A DNA stretch of 63,795 nucleotides, filler included, from Octopus bimaculoides (GCF_001194135.2; 5 parts of 5 records of this genome joined end to end with filler, not necessarily neighbours in it); one strand, 5' to 3'; numbered from the whole stretch's first letter, positions 1 to 12,545 are shown. Numbers and translations are program-made. The notes: generated by a model not told the origin, from the letters alone.

Positions 1-54
<54 letters not shown>

Positions 55-507
55 TGTGTATAAAATTAGTTAGTTAGTTAGTTAGTTAGAAAGACAGACG
101 TAATAAGAGAATTAAAGACAGCAACAAAGTAAGCGATATGCTGGCATAGTTAGCTCAAAACAGATGAGTAGGTATTTTTACCTTTGCACAATAAAAAAGA
201 GAAAATACTGCTGTCATTTATTACAATATATGTACGTAACATTTACACGTGTCATAATTTTTTAAAGAGCTTGATTAGTTTTATACACCTTTGTCTGTCT
301 GTATTTTATACGCATAATTGGAAACGTATATTCATTTCTTGTTTTGCACATTAATCAATTTCTTTGAATTTTAAAGTTTTATTAGAAATTTTACCATGAA
401 ACTATTTTTTCTCTGCTGTAATACTTTTTAGATATTTTAATGATAACCTTAGTATATTCTTTGATATTAGCAATAATATTTGGTATAGTTAATATGTATA
501 TTTTTTC

Positions 508-599
508 TCATAGGTGACTTTTTCTCAATAAATAACACGGATTTATTACACTTGGAGACTTTTTATATCGAAATTTATTAAATAATGAATTATATAGAG
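508..599 (-). CDS. Candidate terminal coding exon of an unidentified membrane protein: (A)LYNSLFNKFRYKKSPSVINPCYLLRKSHL*
   Basis: Strong acceptor tttcaacttgtttgtttatatAG (AG at 601-600); phase-1 entry matches the upstream exon; 92 nt = 2 nt + 30 codons ending in TGA at 510-508; AATAAA about 125 nt downstream (383-378). Confidence 0.5.
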
Positions 600-912
600 C
601 TATATAAACAAACAAGTTGAAATACAAATGTTGAAGTTGGATTTAAAAAATAAATTAACAGATCAAAGAACATATTTTCAAGAAAGGACAATGTTGTTTA
701 CTATTTATTCCACAAAAACAACTTTTAAATAATTTACAAATAAACAATTATAATTTAAAATGAAGGGTTAATTTCATATATTTTCCCCATCTTGCTACGG
801 TAATATTATAAACATTCAATAATAATTTGTTAAAAGGTCAAAGCTGATGAAATGCTTTCAATTAAAACTTCTTTTGTAAGTTTGTTTCATAAGTTGCTTT
901 TTTCTCCTTTAC

Positions 913-1002
913 CGGTTGTGACAACACCTCCAAATATGACGAATCCGCACAATCTTGCAGAATATATATGGTCTTCTGATTCCCCCATTATGTTTTCGAG
1001 AA
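913..1002 (-). CDS. Candidate penultimate exon: xLENIMGESEDHIYSARLCGFVIFGGVVTT(A), carrying the start of a TM helix
   Basis: Acceptor cataacctcttcAG, donor CCG|GTAAAG, 90-nt phase 1-1, lies in a locally GC-richer, stop-poor island. Splicing to 508-599 gives LCGFVIFGGVVTTALYNSLF followed by NKFRYKK. The 5' boundary may lie further upstream (alternative AG near 1044). Confidence 0.5.
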
Positions 1003-2889
1003 CTGAAGAGGTTATGTTGATATACATATCTAAATATGTATCTATTGCATGAAAGTTTTGCCATCATATTGACAACAAAGTCCATAGCCAGGCTCATGGA
1101 GATAGTTCTTCGGATAGATACGAAACTTTTCATAGAAATATATTCCGTTTCGACACTCAATCACTTTGGTGTTTTGAAAACAGTGTGCATTACACATGAA
1201 ATACAATGGCTCTTTATTTTATATATAATAAACAATTTTTTAATATTTTCATTTCTGCAATGCTTTCATTTATCAATCAGCCTTTACGCCTACCATTTCT
1301 GTTTAATACACACTACATTTAAGATATTAGCAATGCGAAAAGAAAATCTGTCTTGGAGGAAATATCGTGTTCTATTAATGATACTAGTTTTCCGCTATTT
1401 CAAATACATATCACTATAAAGCGAATATAGAAAACTGACAGGTACGTACGTTTGTATTTAAAGAGTGGAAAAATTTGGTAATGAAAATAAATCGATTAGT
1501 CGTATGCAGTACATTAGTACCTAATTTTTTATCTAAAACATGGAAAAGGGAATTATAGCATTTTATATAATTATAGATATAAATCTTGTTATGCAGGGCA
1601 ACTGGATGGCAATCATCTATGTGATATGATAAATGGGCGACAACTAACCTTGTTATGCAGATGGAACCAAATTATATCTCACGCATTTTGTATATAATGG
1701 AATTTGACCATCATTCTTGCATTTCTGATTTCATACAACCACATTCTGTATTCATATATTTCCTTGTTTTTATTTTCTGACGTTATTGTTGCCTTGTGTT
1801 TTAACGGCAACTATTAACTTGAGTACTGTTGTGTCAGTGTTAGACAATTTCTTCCTCATATCATCCAGCAATGAAAACAATCATTCTCGCTTTGTTTGTC
1901 TTCAGTCATATGAGTATTCTTAGCTTCGTCTGTCTTTATTATTTCATACACATTCCGCATCACATTTGGGTACCATGGTCGATGTGCTTGTCTTCTTATG
2001 CAGGGGGTCCAAGTTAATGTATTTTATCTTTCAGTGTCTGATGCTGAGGAGGAGCTAACTACTCCGAAATGCAAGCATCTATTTGTCTAACTAGAGAACA
2101 CTTCGAAGTGACTTGGTATGTTTACACCTATTTATCTACAGTGATGTATTTTCTCTATAACTAAATACAGTGAATAGCTTTCTTACAGGTTCAAATATGC
2201 CTCAAGCATATTTGAATGAATAACAAGCTTATATTTATAAGCACCACCGCTTAACACTTCGATTTTGCAATTCATCTAGCATACTGCATTTATTCGATAC
2301 TATTTTATACTTGATTGTAACTGAAAAATCTAGTGTACGGCTTATGTACAAGGCAAAACTAAAACTATTCAGAGAAAAAATTTGCATCAAGATTTACAAG
2401 TAATGTACGGCTTATGCATGAGTAATCAGCGAAATACTGTCAATGACTTCGTTATCAAGCTGTTCTAATAATATTTTCCCTAAATATTCCACTAAAGACA
2501 AATTATATTGCCGAAAAGAGGAGTAAATGTATTTAAGATATCTACGATAGCGCTGAGCGCTATCATAGGACAAATGTGGTGAAGACAATGATTACTTTTA
2601 TTATAAAAAGTTGAACGTGAATAAGGTATATAAAATCTAAAGGAAGCCTTTATCCTAATGGCCACTTCTTACAAAAATACATTATTTAACTAAATATACA
2701 AAATATGCATCATAGTTTTAAAATGGAATTGCAAATATTATTCAGAAACATCGGTTATCAGGCACTCCTGCATCAACAATTCCAATAATATTTTTGCCAA
2801 ATATTCCATTAAAGATAAAGTATATTCGTACAATGATAACTAAATATGTTTGAAATATTGACGATAGCGATCAACGTGTTATTCCTTAC

Positions 2890-3104
2890 TTCGGTGTTCT
2901 CTTGATAATGTTGGATCTTGGAGCCCACTCTTTCGACATTTCCAGTACGATAACTGTCGGGAAAAATATAGGCAGGTATAAGCATATTTGAGCATGCAAA
3001 ATTATATTTTGAAAAACACTGATAGACAAGCATTTGACGTTCAGCATAGCTGAGAACGTCTTTCAGTGTTTGAATTTGAGATGCTCTAACTATTGTTGAA
3101 GCCT
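2890..3104 (-). CDS. Possible internal exon: EASTIVRASQIQTLKDVLSYAERQMLVYQCFSKYNFACSNMLIPAYIFPDSYRTGNVERVGSKIQHYQENTE
   Basis: Open frame (ORF 2809-3120), acceptor ttgtttgatattccAG, donor GAA|GTAAGG, phase 1-0; a shorter 64-nt alternative 2890-2953 also exists; no homology recognised. Confidence 0.3.
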
Positions 3105-3130
3105 CTGGAATATCAAACAATTGATAAGCG

Positions 3131-3288
3131 CAAGCGTGGCAGTGTGTAAGAAGATTGCTTCCTTACCACATGGTTTCGGATTCAGTCCCACTGCATGGTA
3201 CCTTGACCAAGTGTTATCTATAATAGATTCGGGCTTATCAAAGCCTTGTGAGTGGGTGGGTTTGGTAGACGGAAACTGAAAAAACCTG

Positions 3289-3324
<36 letters not shown>

Positions 3325-4095
3325 CAAAGAATATATATACATGTATACACACATATATGTACATACTTCCATCTACATGTGTATATATATGCATATCAGG
3401 GTACAGGACGTTAGAACAATAAACTACAGACAACGGAACGAACACATAGGAAAACGGAAAGCCACTTGGAATATCCCTTCATCAGCTGTCTCTATTCTAT
3501 CTAGACGTTTCGAAGATAAGACAGTATATATATATATATATATACACNNNNNNNNNNNNNNNNNNNNNNNNNNNNNNNNNNNNNNNNNNNNNNNNNNNNN
3601 NNNNNNNNNNNNNNNNNNNNNNNNNNNNNNNNNNNNNNNNNNNNNNNNNNNNNNNNNNNNNNNNNNNNNNNNNNNNNNNNNNNNNNNNNNNNNNNNNNNN
3701 NNNNNNNNNNNNNNNNNNNNNNNNNNNNNNNNNNNNNNNNNNNNNNNNNNNNNTATATATATATATATGATACATATATATATAAATATATACATGACAT
3801 ATATATATATAAATATATATATATATATGTATAAATATATACATATTGTATATGTGTGTCCATGCGTATATCTATGTGTGTGTATCTTTATGTTTGCGTT
3901 TGTCCTCCTCCCGCTTGTGTCTGTGTTTTATGCCTGTGTTTACGTCTCCGTAACTTAGCCGTTCGGGAAAAGAAACCGATAGAATAAGTACTAGACTTAA
4001 AAAGGTAACTCATTCGGCTAAAATTCTTGTACGCCGTGCTCCAGTGTGGCCGTAGTCAAGTGACTGAAAGAAGCAAAAGATAAAAGATAAAAGAT
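3131..4095 (+). mobile_element. tRNA-derived SINE family A (octopus OK/OR-type), split by internal (TA)n expansion and a gap
   Basis: Head gcgtggcagtgtgtaagaag...ggattcagtcccactgc, body ccttgaccaagtg...ggtagacggaaactgaaa, tail gtgctccagtgtggccgtagtcaagtgactgaaa; matches many other copies in the window. Confidence 0.9.
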
Positions 4096-4320
4096 TAACA
4101 TTATTCCGCATCGATTATGTTATAGTTCTACATAAGAAAGCAAAAATCTCTTTGTGCACTGCTGAGAAACGCTGTGATTTACATGGCTGCCTATGGTCCC
4201 ATGCTATTTACTTGAAGAGACTGCAGTTGAAGTAAGGCTGATATTAAAGCATTAGATACTAATTCCTCTTAGATGATTAGCTTTGCATATCTAAATACCT
4301 GTAGATATTTCTGCCTCTTA

Positions 4321-4510
4321 AGGCGGCGAGTTGGCAGAATCCTTACCGCGCCGGATAAAATGTCTAGCGGAATTTCGTCTCTCTTTACGTTCTGAGTTCG
4401 AATTCTGCCGATGTCGATTTTGCTTTTCATTCTTACGGGGTCGATATAATAAGCACCAGTTGATCACTGGGGACGAATTAATCGATTATCCTCCACCTCC
4501 TCCGAACTTA
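4321..4510 (+). mobile_element. tRNA-derived SINE family B
   Basis: ggcggcgagttggcagaatc (A box) ... ttctgagttcgaattc (B box) ... gtcgattttgcttttcattc...ggggtcgat conserved body. Confidence 0.88.
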
Positions 4511-4514
4511 CTGG

Positions 4515-4566
<52 letters not shown>

Positions 4567-4820
4567 GGAGTGGCTGTGTGGTAAGTAGCTTGCTTACCAA
4601 CCACATACTTCCGGGTTCAGTCCCACTGCGTGGCACCTTGGGCAAGTGTCTTCTACTATAGCCTCGGGCCGACCAAAGCCTTGTGAGCGGATTTGGTAGA
4701 CGGAAACTGAAAGAAGCCCATCGTATATATATGTATATGTATATATATGTGTGTGTGTGTCTGTGTTTGTTCCCCCAACATCGCTTGACAACCGATGCTG
4801 GTGTGTTTACGTCCCCGTAA

Positions 4821-4822
<2 letters not shown>
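4567..4822 (+). mobile_element. SINE family A, 3'-truncated at (TA)n
   Basis: ggagtggctgtgtggtaagtagcttgc...ccgggttcagtcccactgcgtggcaccttgggcaagtg. Confidence 0.92.
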
Positions 4823-4856
<34 letters not shown>

Positions 4857-4857
<1 letters not shown>

Positions 4858-4950
4858 TCTTTACTCTCTTTTTACTCTTTTACTTGTTTCAGTCATTTGA
4901 CTGTGGCCATGCTGGAGCACCGCCTTTAGTCGAGCAAATGGACCCCCAGG
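4857..4950 (-). mobile_element. SINE family A 3' end
   Basis: Reverse complement of ...gactaaaggcggtgctccagcatggccacagtcaaatgactgaaacaagtaaaagag. Confidence 0.88.
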
Positions 4951-4969
4951 ACCTACCTACCTACCTGCC

Positions 4970-5023
<54 letters not shown>

Positions 5024-5152
5024 TACATCTTTGTCTATACTCTTCATTCAATACTGTGTAGATGCACACAGGCAAGTGTCTATGAATACTCATACGACCA
5101 CAAATACAGCCGCACAAATACACAATATACATGCCTAGTCAGCAGTAATTAT

Positions 5153-5199
<47 letters not shown>

Positions 5200-5218
5200 T
5201 TCTCACTCTCTCTCTTTT

Positions 5219-5310
<92 letters not shown>

Positions 5311-5817
5311 CCTGAAAATTCCCTTGTCTCTCTCCACCCTCACTCCCTATAATTTAAAGAAATGGAATAGAAGTTTAATGAATCAAATTCAGACATTACC
5401 AAATCATACAAAGTACCACAAAACTACAATAAATAAAATTTCACAATTCAGTGAAACTGAAATGCATTTCTGTGAAACAAAGTTTTTCTTCTGAGATGAA
5501 CGAAACAATACGTACATACTTAAAATATAGCGATTATTAGCCACGAAATAAGATTCTCATTATCTGTTCACCGTTGAACATTTATGCATCGAGATATTCA
5601 TTTACAAAATGTGATATATTATGGATATATCTTTCTTATTCATCATGTTTGAGTGTCTGCGTGCTCGCTTGTGCGCACGCCCGATCAATATAACGCTGGC
5701 GTATGTGTATTTGTTTGTTGTGTGCGTGTGCAAGTGTGCATGTGTGTATTTCACATTATGTGTCTTTTGAATTTGTGTATGTACATGTGTCATCTTTCTC
5801 AAATTTCTGTGTGCGTT

Positions 5818-5860
<43 letters not shown>

Positions 5861-5903
5861 CTGTNNNNNNNNNNGTGTGTGTGTGTGTGTGTGTGTGTGT
5901 GTA

Positions 5904-5939
<36 letters not shown>

Positions 5940-6257
5940 ATACAATTCTAAGTCTCATATGTGTGCATGTATATGTGTGTGTGTTTTAGTAAGTACACGT
6001 TTTTTTCACTTTCTTTGTCGTTCAGAAAATGGCGACAAATTTTGTGACGCATTACCATAATAATGTAGAGATTTCTAGTGGTCAGATTTGCTTTGAAATA
6101 TTTTTGAGATCCAAGGTCTTCTACCTACACATAGCAGTGTTTAGTCTAAAATAAAGGAAAGCATATAAAGTCTTCGAATTTTTTTATTATATAATTATAC
6201 ATCAGTTAAGCGAGTTAAGCAAGAAAATAATAATACATCATGTAATATTAGAAAAGA

Positions 6258-6299
<42 letters not shown>

Positions 6300-6510
6300 T
6301 GTTTTAGCTTTCGAATGACATCCCGCTGGCTAGGCGAACAGGTCAACATTTCTCCTAATCGGAAGCTTATTCTGTTGCGTGGTTACCCATTTATAGTTGA
6401 CTGAGGTGGAACAACGTGAAATGAACACAACGCACTGCCCCGTTCAGGAATCAAACCCACAACTTAGCAATCGTGAGTACAATGCTGTAACCACTAGGCC
6501 ACGTGCCTTC
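6300..6510 (-). mobile_element. tRNA-derived SINE (family C/D type)
   Basis: Minus strand gaaggcacgtggcctagtggtta (A box) ... gggtttgattcc (B box) ... catttcacgttgttcc. Confidence 0.8.
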
Positions 6511-6520
6511 ACACACACGC

Positions 6521-6570
<50 letters not shown>

Positions 6571-6664
6571 ACAAACACACATGGATGGATAAACAGATGG
6601 AGAAATAGACATGGAGACAGACAGACAGACAGACAGACAAATAGATAAATAGACAGACAGATAA

Positions 6665-6732
<68 letters not shown>

Positions 6733-6981
6733 CATCTTAGTGAAAATCACACTGGTTTCAAGAAGCACAAACCTTGTGCAGGCCAATATTTGTGTTGAGG
6801 CCAATTACCGAAAATTTCAGATCCTCCAAACACAAAACGTTTAATTCTTAATGTCGTAGATTATAAGACGGCTTTTGACATCTTCCATGCAGTGACTTCA
6901 TTGAATGTTTTCCCATACCTGAGAAGTTGGTCCGCATCATTAATAATCTTTAGGTAAATTAAAAACTTAGTGCACAAACAA

Positions 6982-7385
6982 AGGCGCAGGCGTGGCTGTG
7001 TAGTAAGAAGCTAGCTTCCCAACCACATGATTCCGGGTTCAGTCCCACTGCGTGGCATCTTGGCACCTTGGGCAAGTGTCTTCTACTATAGCTTCGGGCT
7101 GACCAAAGCCTTGTGAGTGTATTTTGTAGACGGAAACTTAGACAAACCCGATATATGTGTGTGTGTGAGTGTGTGTTTAAGTGAGTGTCTTTGTGTCTGT
7201 GTTTATCCCTCCCCGTCATCGCATTTAGGTCCCTGTAAACTAGCGGTTCGACAAAAGAACCGATAGAGTAATCACTAGGCTTAAAAAAATAGGTCCTAAG
7301 GTCGATGTTTTCGACTAAAAACCCTTCAAGACAGTGCTCCAGCATGGCCGCAATCAAATTACTGAAACAAGTAAAAAAAATAAAA
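6982..7385 (+). mobile_element. Near full-length SINE family A
   Basis: Head, internal (TA)(TG) tract and A-rich tail all present. Confidence 0.92.
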
Positions 7386-7399
7386 AAATAAGAGAAAAA

Positions 7400-8290
7400 C
7401 AAGTACAGGTGAGACTGAATTTTTTCAAAGCAGTCAAACCAGTAGCGTTGTATATTCTCATCCTTCTTGTTTCTGCTTTTGTTGATAATGTTATTCTGAA
7501 ATCACTAGGCTATCATAATAGACTCTTGTGGACAGATGGCAACAAAATAATGGATCTGAACTTTGTAGATACTCTGGTATTGATTGCAAGAAATGAGAAA
7601 CATCTTACAAAATATTATGAAAAATGTAGGCCTGAACATCAGCGTCGAAAAAAATTCAAGTAATAAGAGGAGAGGAAATGGTCAGTTAAGAACGTGACTC
7701 ATGTAGAAGCTCAACATTTGGAAGAATGCGAAGTTTTCACGTACCCTGGCAGTTAACATCTCGTCATGGAGATGTGAAGGAAGAGGTTAACGTCAGGTGT
7801 GGTAACGTTAAAAGTCCCTTTCTGAAATTAAGAAAAATTTGGGAAGCTCACAACATCAGTATAAAGATCATAATGCAGCTGTTTTGATACACCAGTTTTT
7901 CTAACTGTCTTCATGGCTGCGAGTCGTGGCCTCTAACTAAGACTCTGGAGATAAAATTTAACATCTTCCAGCTTGCATAAGATGCACCATATTTGGTATA
8001 TAGAGTGTGTCACTAACCCGGAAGTACAAATGAGATAAGGGTTCTCATGCACGCTAAGTCGACTGGTGGCCAACAGGAGAGTATGAAGTCATTTGGGTAG
8101 ATCCCTCCATACGTCCATACCTGTGTCTCCAGTAGTCACTTCAGGTTCCAGAAAGAAAGGATACCCGAAGAAGAAATGACTTGCAGTAGTAAAAGATCAC
8201 ATGAGTGATGGCGAGGACGGGACGCAACTTGGGACCAGGCACTTGACAGAGATGACTGGAAGGTTCTGGTTGTTCGATGTTCTTTGATCA
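7400..8290 (+). mobile_element. Decayed RTE-clade LINE 3' half (RT and C-terminal region)
   Basis: Translates to LLWTDGNKIMDLNFVDTLVLIA (FADD-like), HLEECEVFTYPGS, LRKIWEAHNISIK, HGCESWPLTK, WDQALDRDDWKVLV, with frameshifts and stops. Confidence 0.85.
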
Positions 8291-9719
8291 GGATGATATA
8301 ACTAAGTTTTTAGTCAGGACGGAGAGTAGTACTCAAGACCCCTTATAGAGTCTCTGAGAGTGATGAGAAGATGAGCGAATAGTATTTTCAAACCGGGGAC
8401 TAATTACAACCGAATCGTTAAAGTCACTCAAGTGCCAGATGTTGGTATTAAAATGGCTGATGTATTAAGTCTACCTGCCAAGTCGGCCACAGTGGGATTT
8501 GATCTTAGAGCAGGAAGAATCAGGACAAATACCGCATATCGCAAGGCATTCTATCCAGGTTTCTCCAAAAGGATGGAGTACCGACCGAAGAGAGTCAGAA
8601 CAAACAACTCGATGATTTTTCTCCGTTCTTAGAAACCCTGCAAATAACGAAACGAATTCTTACCTGAAATAACGAAATATTAAAACTAAAAGGATATTAA
8701 TACTTAATAACCTTGAAAATAGTTTAACTGAAAGAATATTTTAAAATTGTTAATTAAGACAGTTGATGAAAAAACCCCCAAAAATAAACCTATGAAAGAA
8801 TATGAAATACACACAGACTAATTCAGACAGTTATAAAGGTGCAAGTGGTTTTTTTTATTATTATTCCTACAACTATTTCCTAGCTAACGTCATCTCATTC
8901 TCTGGTTTGTAAATAACAATTAACAAAAACCCGTCATAATTATTTAGTAATCAATAAATTTAGGCAAGTTTCCAGATAGTTGACAAGATCAACTTTACAA
9001 AATGTAAAGATCGACCAGGTCAACGAGGTCAACAAAATCAACATGTGTTTTGCAAACGGAACTACAATGTTTCTGTAACTAAGAGCTATAAATTTCAAAT
9101 GTTTCAGTTTACGTAGAGGTACACAGGTCCTGTTAGTCCACAATATCTTACAATAGTAAGTGACAAGTGATTCGTGAGCATACATAGGACTTAGTACAAC
9201 TAACTTGCATTGGTATAACATTTGACGTGGGATCACCCTGGCTAACATGCTTTAGATATACTTTAAAAAAAAAAATTATTTCGTGTGGTTACTTTGTCCC
9301 AACATTATTTCTGCTCGGTTAAGTCGTGATGTTTCCAACTTCTTGTATATTTAGGTTTATATTGTCCAATCCGTCCTATCTAGCTTTTTATGGTTGTAGC
9401 GTAGAATTTAAGGAAATATGGTTACTGTTTGTAACAGGTTGGGTGGCTGTCAGGTGGATCCCTTGTACTTTTCACTGGTGCCTTTCAGACCAAATCTATG
9501 GGATATTCTGCTCGCTGGTGGTGTAACAACTTTGTCTACTTTATATAGTGTAGCTAAACTTACATTCATGTTTTTTTTTTAAAGGAGGTCTATTTATTCA
9601 ACTTATTATCCAAAAGCGCTGTGATGTCTCAAGAAATTAGGGGAACAGTAAAGAAAACGAAGATTTCATCAACACCGTAACACGACTTTTGTCCTTGGGT
9701 AACAACTGTTATTTCCTAC

Positions 9720-9960
9720 TTGCTTACCCCTAGAATGTATGAGAAATTGCTAATATTTCCTTCAAATTTTGCTTTTGTTACATTTATCCAAACCCCAAAA
9801 GAATCCCTATCAAAATATGGCTATGATGTTCTCCCAATACTCTTGCTCATGATCAGAGATGCACATATTGTCAGCCACTAAGGTAGTTATGATCAAGCAA
9901 CTGACAAGCAAATCTGTGGTATTGAGCAGAATATTTGTTATAACGATATTTTGAATATCG
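9720..9960. repeat. Unclassified interspersed repeat
   Basis: ctatgatgttctcccaatactc...gatcagagatgcacatattgtcagccactaagg...gacaagcaaatctgtggtattgagcag resembles an abundant octopus repeat (from memory, not verified by search). Confidence 0.5.
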
Positions 9961-12329
9961 TCAGACAGCGCTGAACCTGTCTGAAAGGTAATGGAAAATA
10001 GGTCAGTTTCAAGACATTGATGTCCAAGTCACAAAAGCAGAGTTTGAAGAGAATAAGTAGTTATTTCCTTTGATTTCTCGGTAGAAGCAACTAGGAAATA
10101 ACACTCACTGACCAAAGACAAAAAATTGTTACACAGTGTAATGGATTAGTTACTTTTTTCCTTTTCCAGAATCAGTAAAAGATATTAGTTCAAGCTAACA
10201 AATCTGTGGTTGTTGTTTTTCTTATTGTTTATTTCTAACTGGGGAAACCTATGGTTAAAGACCTTCCAGCTGTGACCACCCAACCGTTTTAAGGTTGTGT
10301 AGAGAGCTACATTATCCAGTGTATCGTTTTATTATTGAAGACGTTAAGGTGAAACTTGGCTGCTGTTTCTAGAAATTCGAACACCACGTAACGGTTCCCT
10401 AGGTGATTCGTTCTCGTAGATGTGGAGGTGTCTATACACAACTCCATAAAATAAAGTAATTAGAATTGAATCTATGTGATGATGACTTAGCTCGTTGCTG
10501 CTAGGAAGAAGAGGATACCTGAGCTTATTGAAACCTAAGCTGGAATGTTCTGGTACCTTAGCATGGGACTGTCGCGTAAATCTACAACGTTAAGATATAA
10601 GATATAATACTAATATCTACCGTCTCATCAAAGACGCGTTTTTATTTGGAGAACATTGCTTTTAGACATGAAATCTGAAGAGATTTATCCACGTATATTG
10701 ATAACCGTAGTGGATAGCGGTTATGACGGAGCATTCGAGAATAGTAATTCTATTGCTTAGCGAACGCCATAAAACAACTCTCGAAGATATGTCTTATTTC
10801 ATTTCAACCATCTTTTGGAGATTTACCTATCCTTTGTACTCCAAAAGTTCTCAAAGCAATTTCTGAGAATCTAAAGCTACAGGATTTATTGGTATTTTAC
10901 ATTTAGAATTAATTTATTTAGCATGGCTTCGTTTTAAAAACATTTACTTCTTTCCTTAGTGTTGTTCTCTCTTCACCAGAAACACCATTCTAGATATTTT
11001 CTCGATTTCCTATTATAGCGATAAACCACCCTGGTTATGTCTTCACTTTTGTTATCTTTCCCTTTAGTGCTTTCTTTTTCCAACTTCTCACTTTCTCTTC
11101 GTTGAAGTTCAAATTTTATCTCTACCTGGAGACAATTCTTCAATGTTGCGATGTTTTGCAAGCTTGCCTAAATATCTCTTCTCTGTTTGTCTTTATTATC
11201 CACGTTACAGCTGTAATTTATTTTATCTTCTCCCTACAGGGTCTGCAATGTCCTTTCATTTCCATTGGTTATCAGTAAATTTCCCCTTTGCAATAATTTC
11301 GCTCAGTTATTTCCAAAGATTTTCCTTTCTTTTTTTTTTTCTTTCTTTCTTTCTCTTTTTTTTTTTTCGGAACAGACTACTTTATTATTCATTATTTTCA
11401 GTTTCGATGAAAAACCATTATTATCAGTAGTAAGACGCCATCACAAAGCACACATACACTCTCACACATATATAGATAGATACACACCAACACTGACGTA
11501 GACATACACACTAACAAACAAACACACAAACGTGGATATCCCTCTTCTCTCTTTCGTTTAATATTTATTATCTTCTTTTAGACATATATCCCCTTTAAAA
11601 CTGCTTCTTATATTCTTTTCAGTTCTACACATTACACATTTTACAGCCCGTTTGCCTTTTCTTCCTTGAATTTTTTGGGGAAATACAAAGAAGCTATGAC
11701 GGCTGGATCGGTTAAGTACCCTGAGTGTACCTGACAGTACTCTAATGACGTAATTATCCCTGGCGTCGATTTTACCTTTAATTCCTTCAATTAAACCAGA
11801 TAATCATTTGTTAGTTTAATTCCAGGTCAGCTCCGATGGTATGGATACAAGAAATTCCCGCTGTGACCATCGAGTTTTGCTTGATATTACCCAATATATC
11901 ATTTTTTTGTGTTTTTTTAATACCAGTATTGTATGATTTGAGGGAGATTTGACTATTATTTTAAGCAGTATTTACTCAAAATTAGGATCGAATAACTCAA
12001 CCACTACCATGCCATATTTCACTTTATATGTAATACACCTAAGACTGTATTACCCAATGTAAAAGATTTGTAATCTAGACCTTAAATTGTTGGGCTTGAA
12101 AGCTCATTAGAAAATTCTTGAATATGTCAATTCCGTTTAGGCTACTATCCGCTTACCTCAGCCATCCAGATTTTTGGAACTGATTTTTATTTTTTTCTAT
12201 TACTTCTTGTTTTAGGAAATCATTTCAAATTTACTAATACTGCAAAAACTGGAATAAGTCTGGTACTTATCTTATTCTGTCGCTCTTTTTGTCAAACTGC
12301 TAGGTCGTGGGAGCTAAAACAAAGCAACA

Positions 12330-12545
12330 ATGTTTGTCAAGCTATGGAGTGGCAAGCACAAGCACAAAGACACACAGAACTGTGACAGGCTTTTACACAT
12401 TTTCCGTCTACCAAATCCACTAAACATGGCATTGCTCGGCCGCTCGAAACTATAATAGAACACACACTTATCCAAAATGCTGCGCAGTAGGATTGAAGCC
12501 AAAACTACATGGCTGCAAAATAAACTTCTTAAACAGCATATTTTC
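12330..12545 (-). mobile_element. Diverged SINE family A 5' half
   Basis: ttttccgtctaccaaatccact...actataatagaacacacttatccaa...gcagtaggattgaagcc. Confidence 0.8.

Noticed and set aside
63-89. (TTAG)n as telomeric repeat
   Set aside because: Not TTAGGG or TTAGG; an ordinary tetranucleotide microsatellite
1871-2017. 48-aa ORF MKTIILALFVF... resembling a signal peptide
   Set aside because: No donor after the hydrophobic stretch; F/L richness is expected from the antisense of A-rich sequence
3410-3525. GAAACGTC ... CTGATGAAG on the minus strand (permuted hammerhead-like)
   Set aside because: Stem I cannot form and stem II is weak; at most a Penelope-like relic
5655-5690. gtgctcgctt resembling the U6 snRNA 5' end
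   Set aside because: Similarity ends after 10 nt
9418-9582. 54-aa plus ORF MVTVCNRLGGCQVDP... (FN3-end-like)
   Set aside because: Weak splice sites, stops on both sides, no further domain support
10973-11400. K/E-rich minus ORF in a GA-rich, UTR-like segment
   Set aside because: Low-complexity composition explains the ORF; no linked exon identifiable
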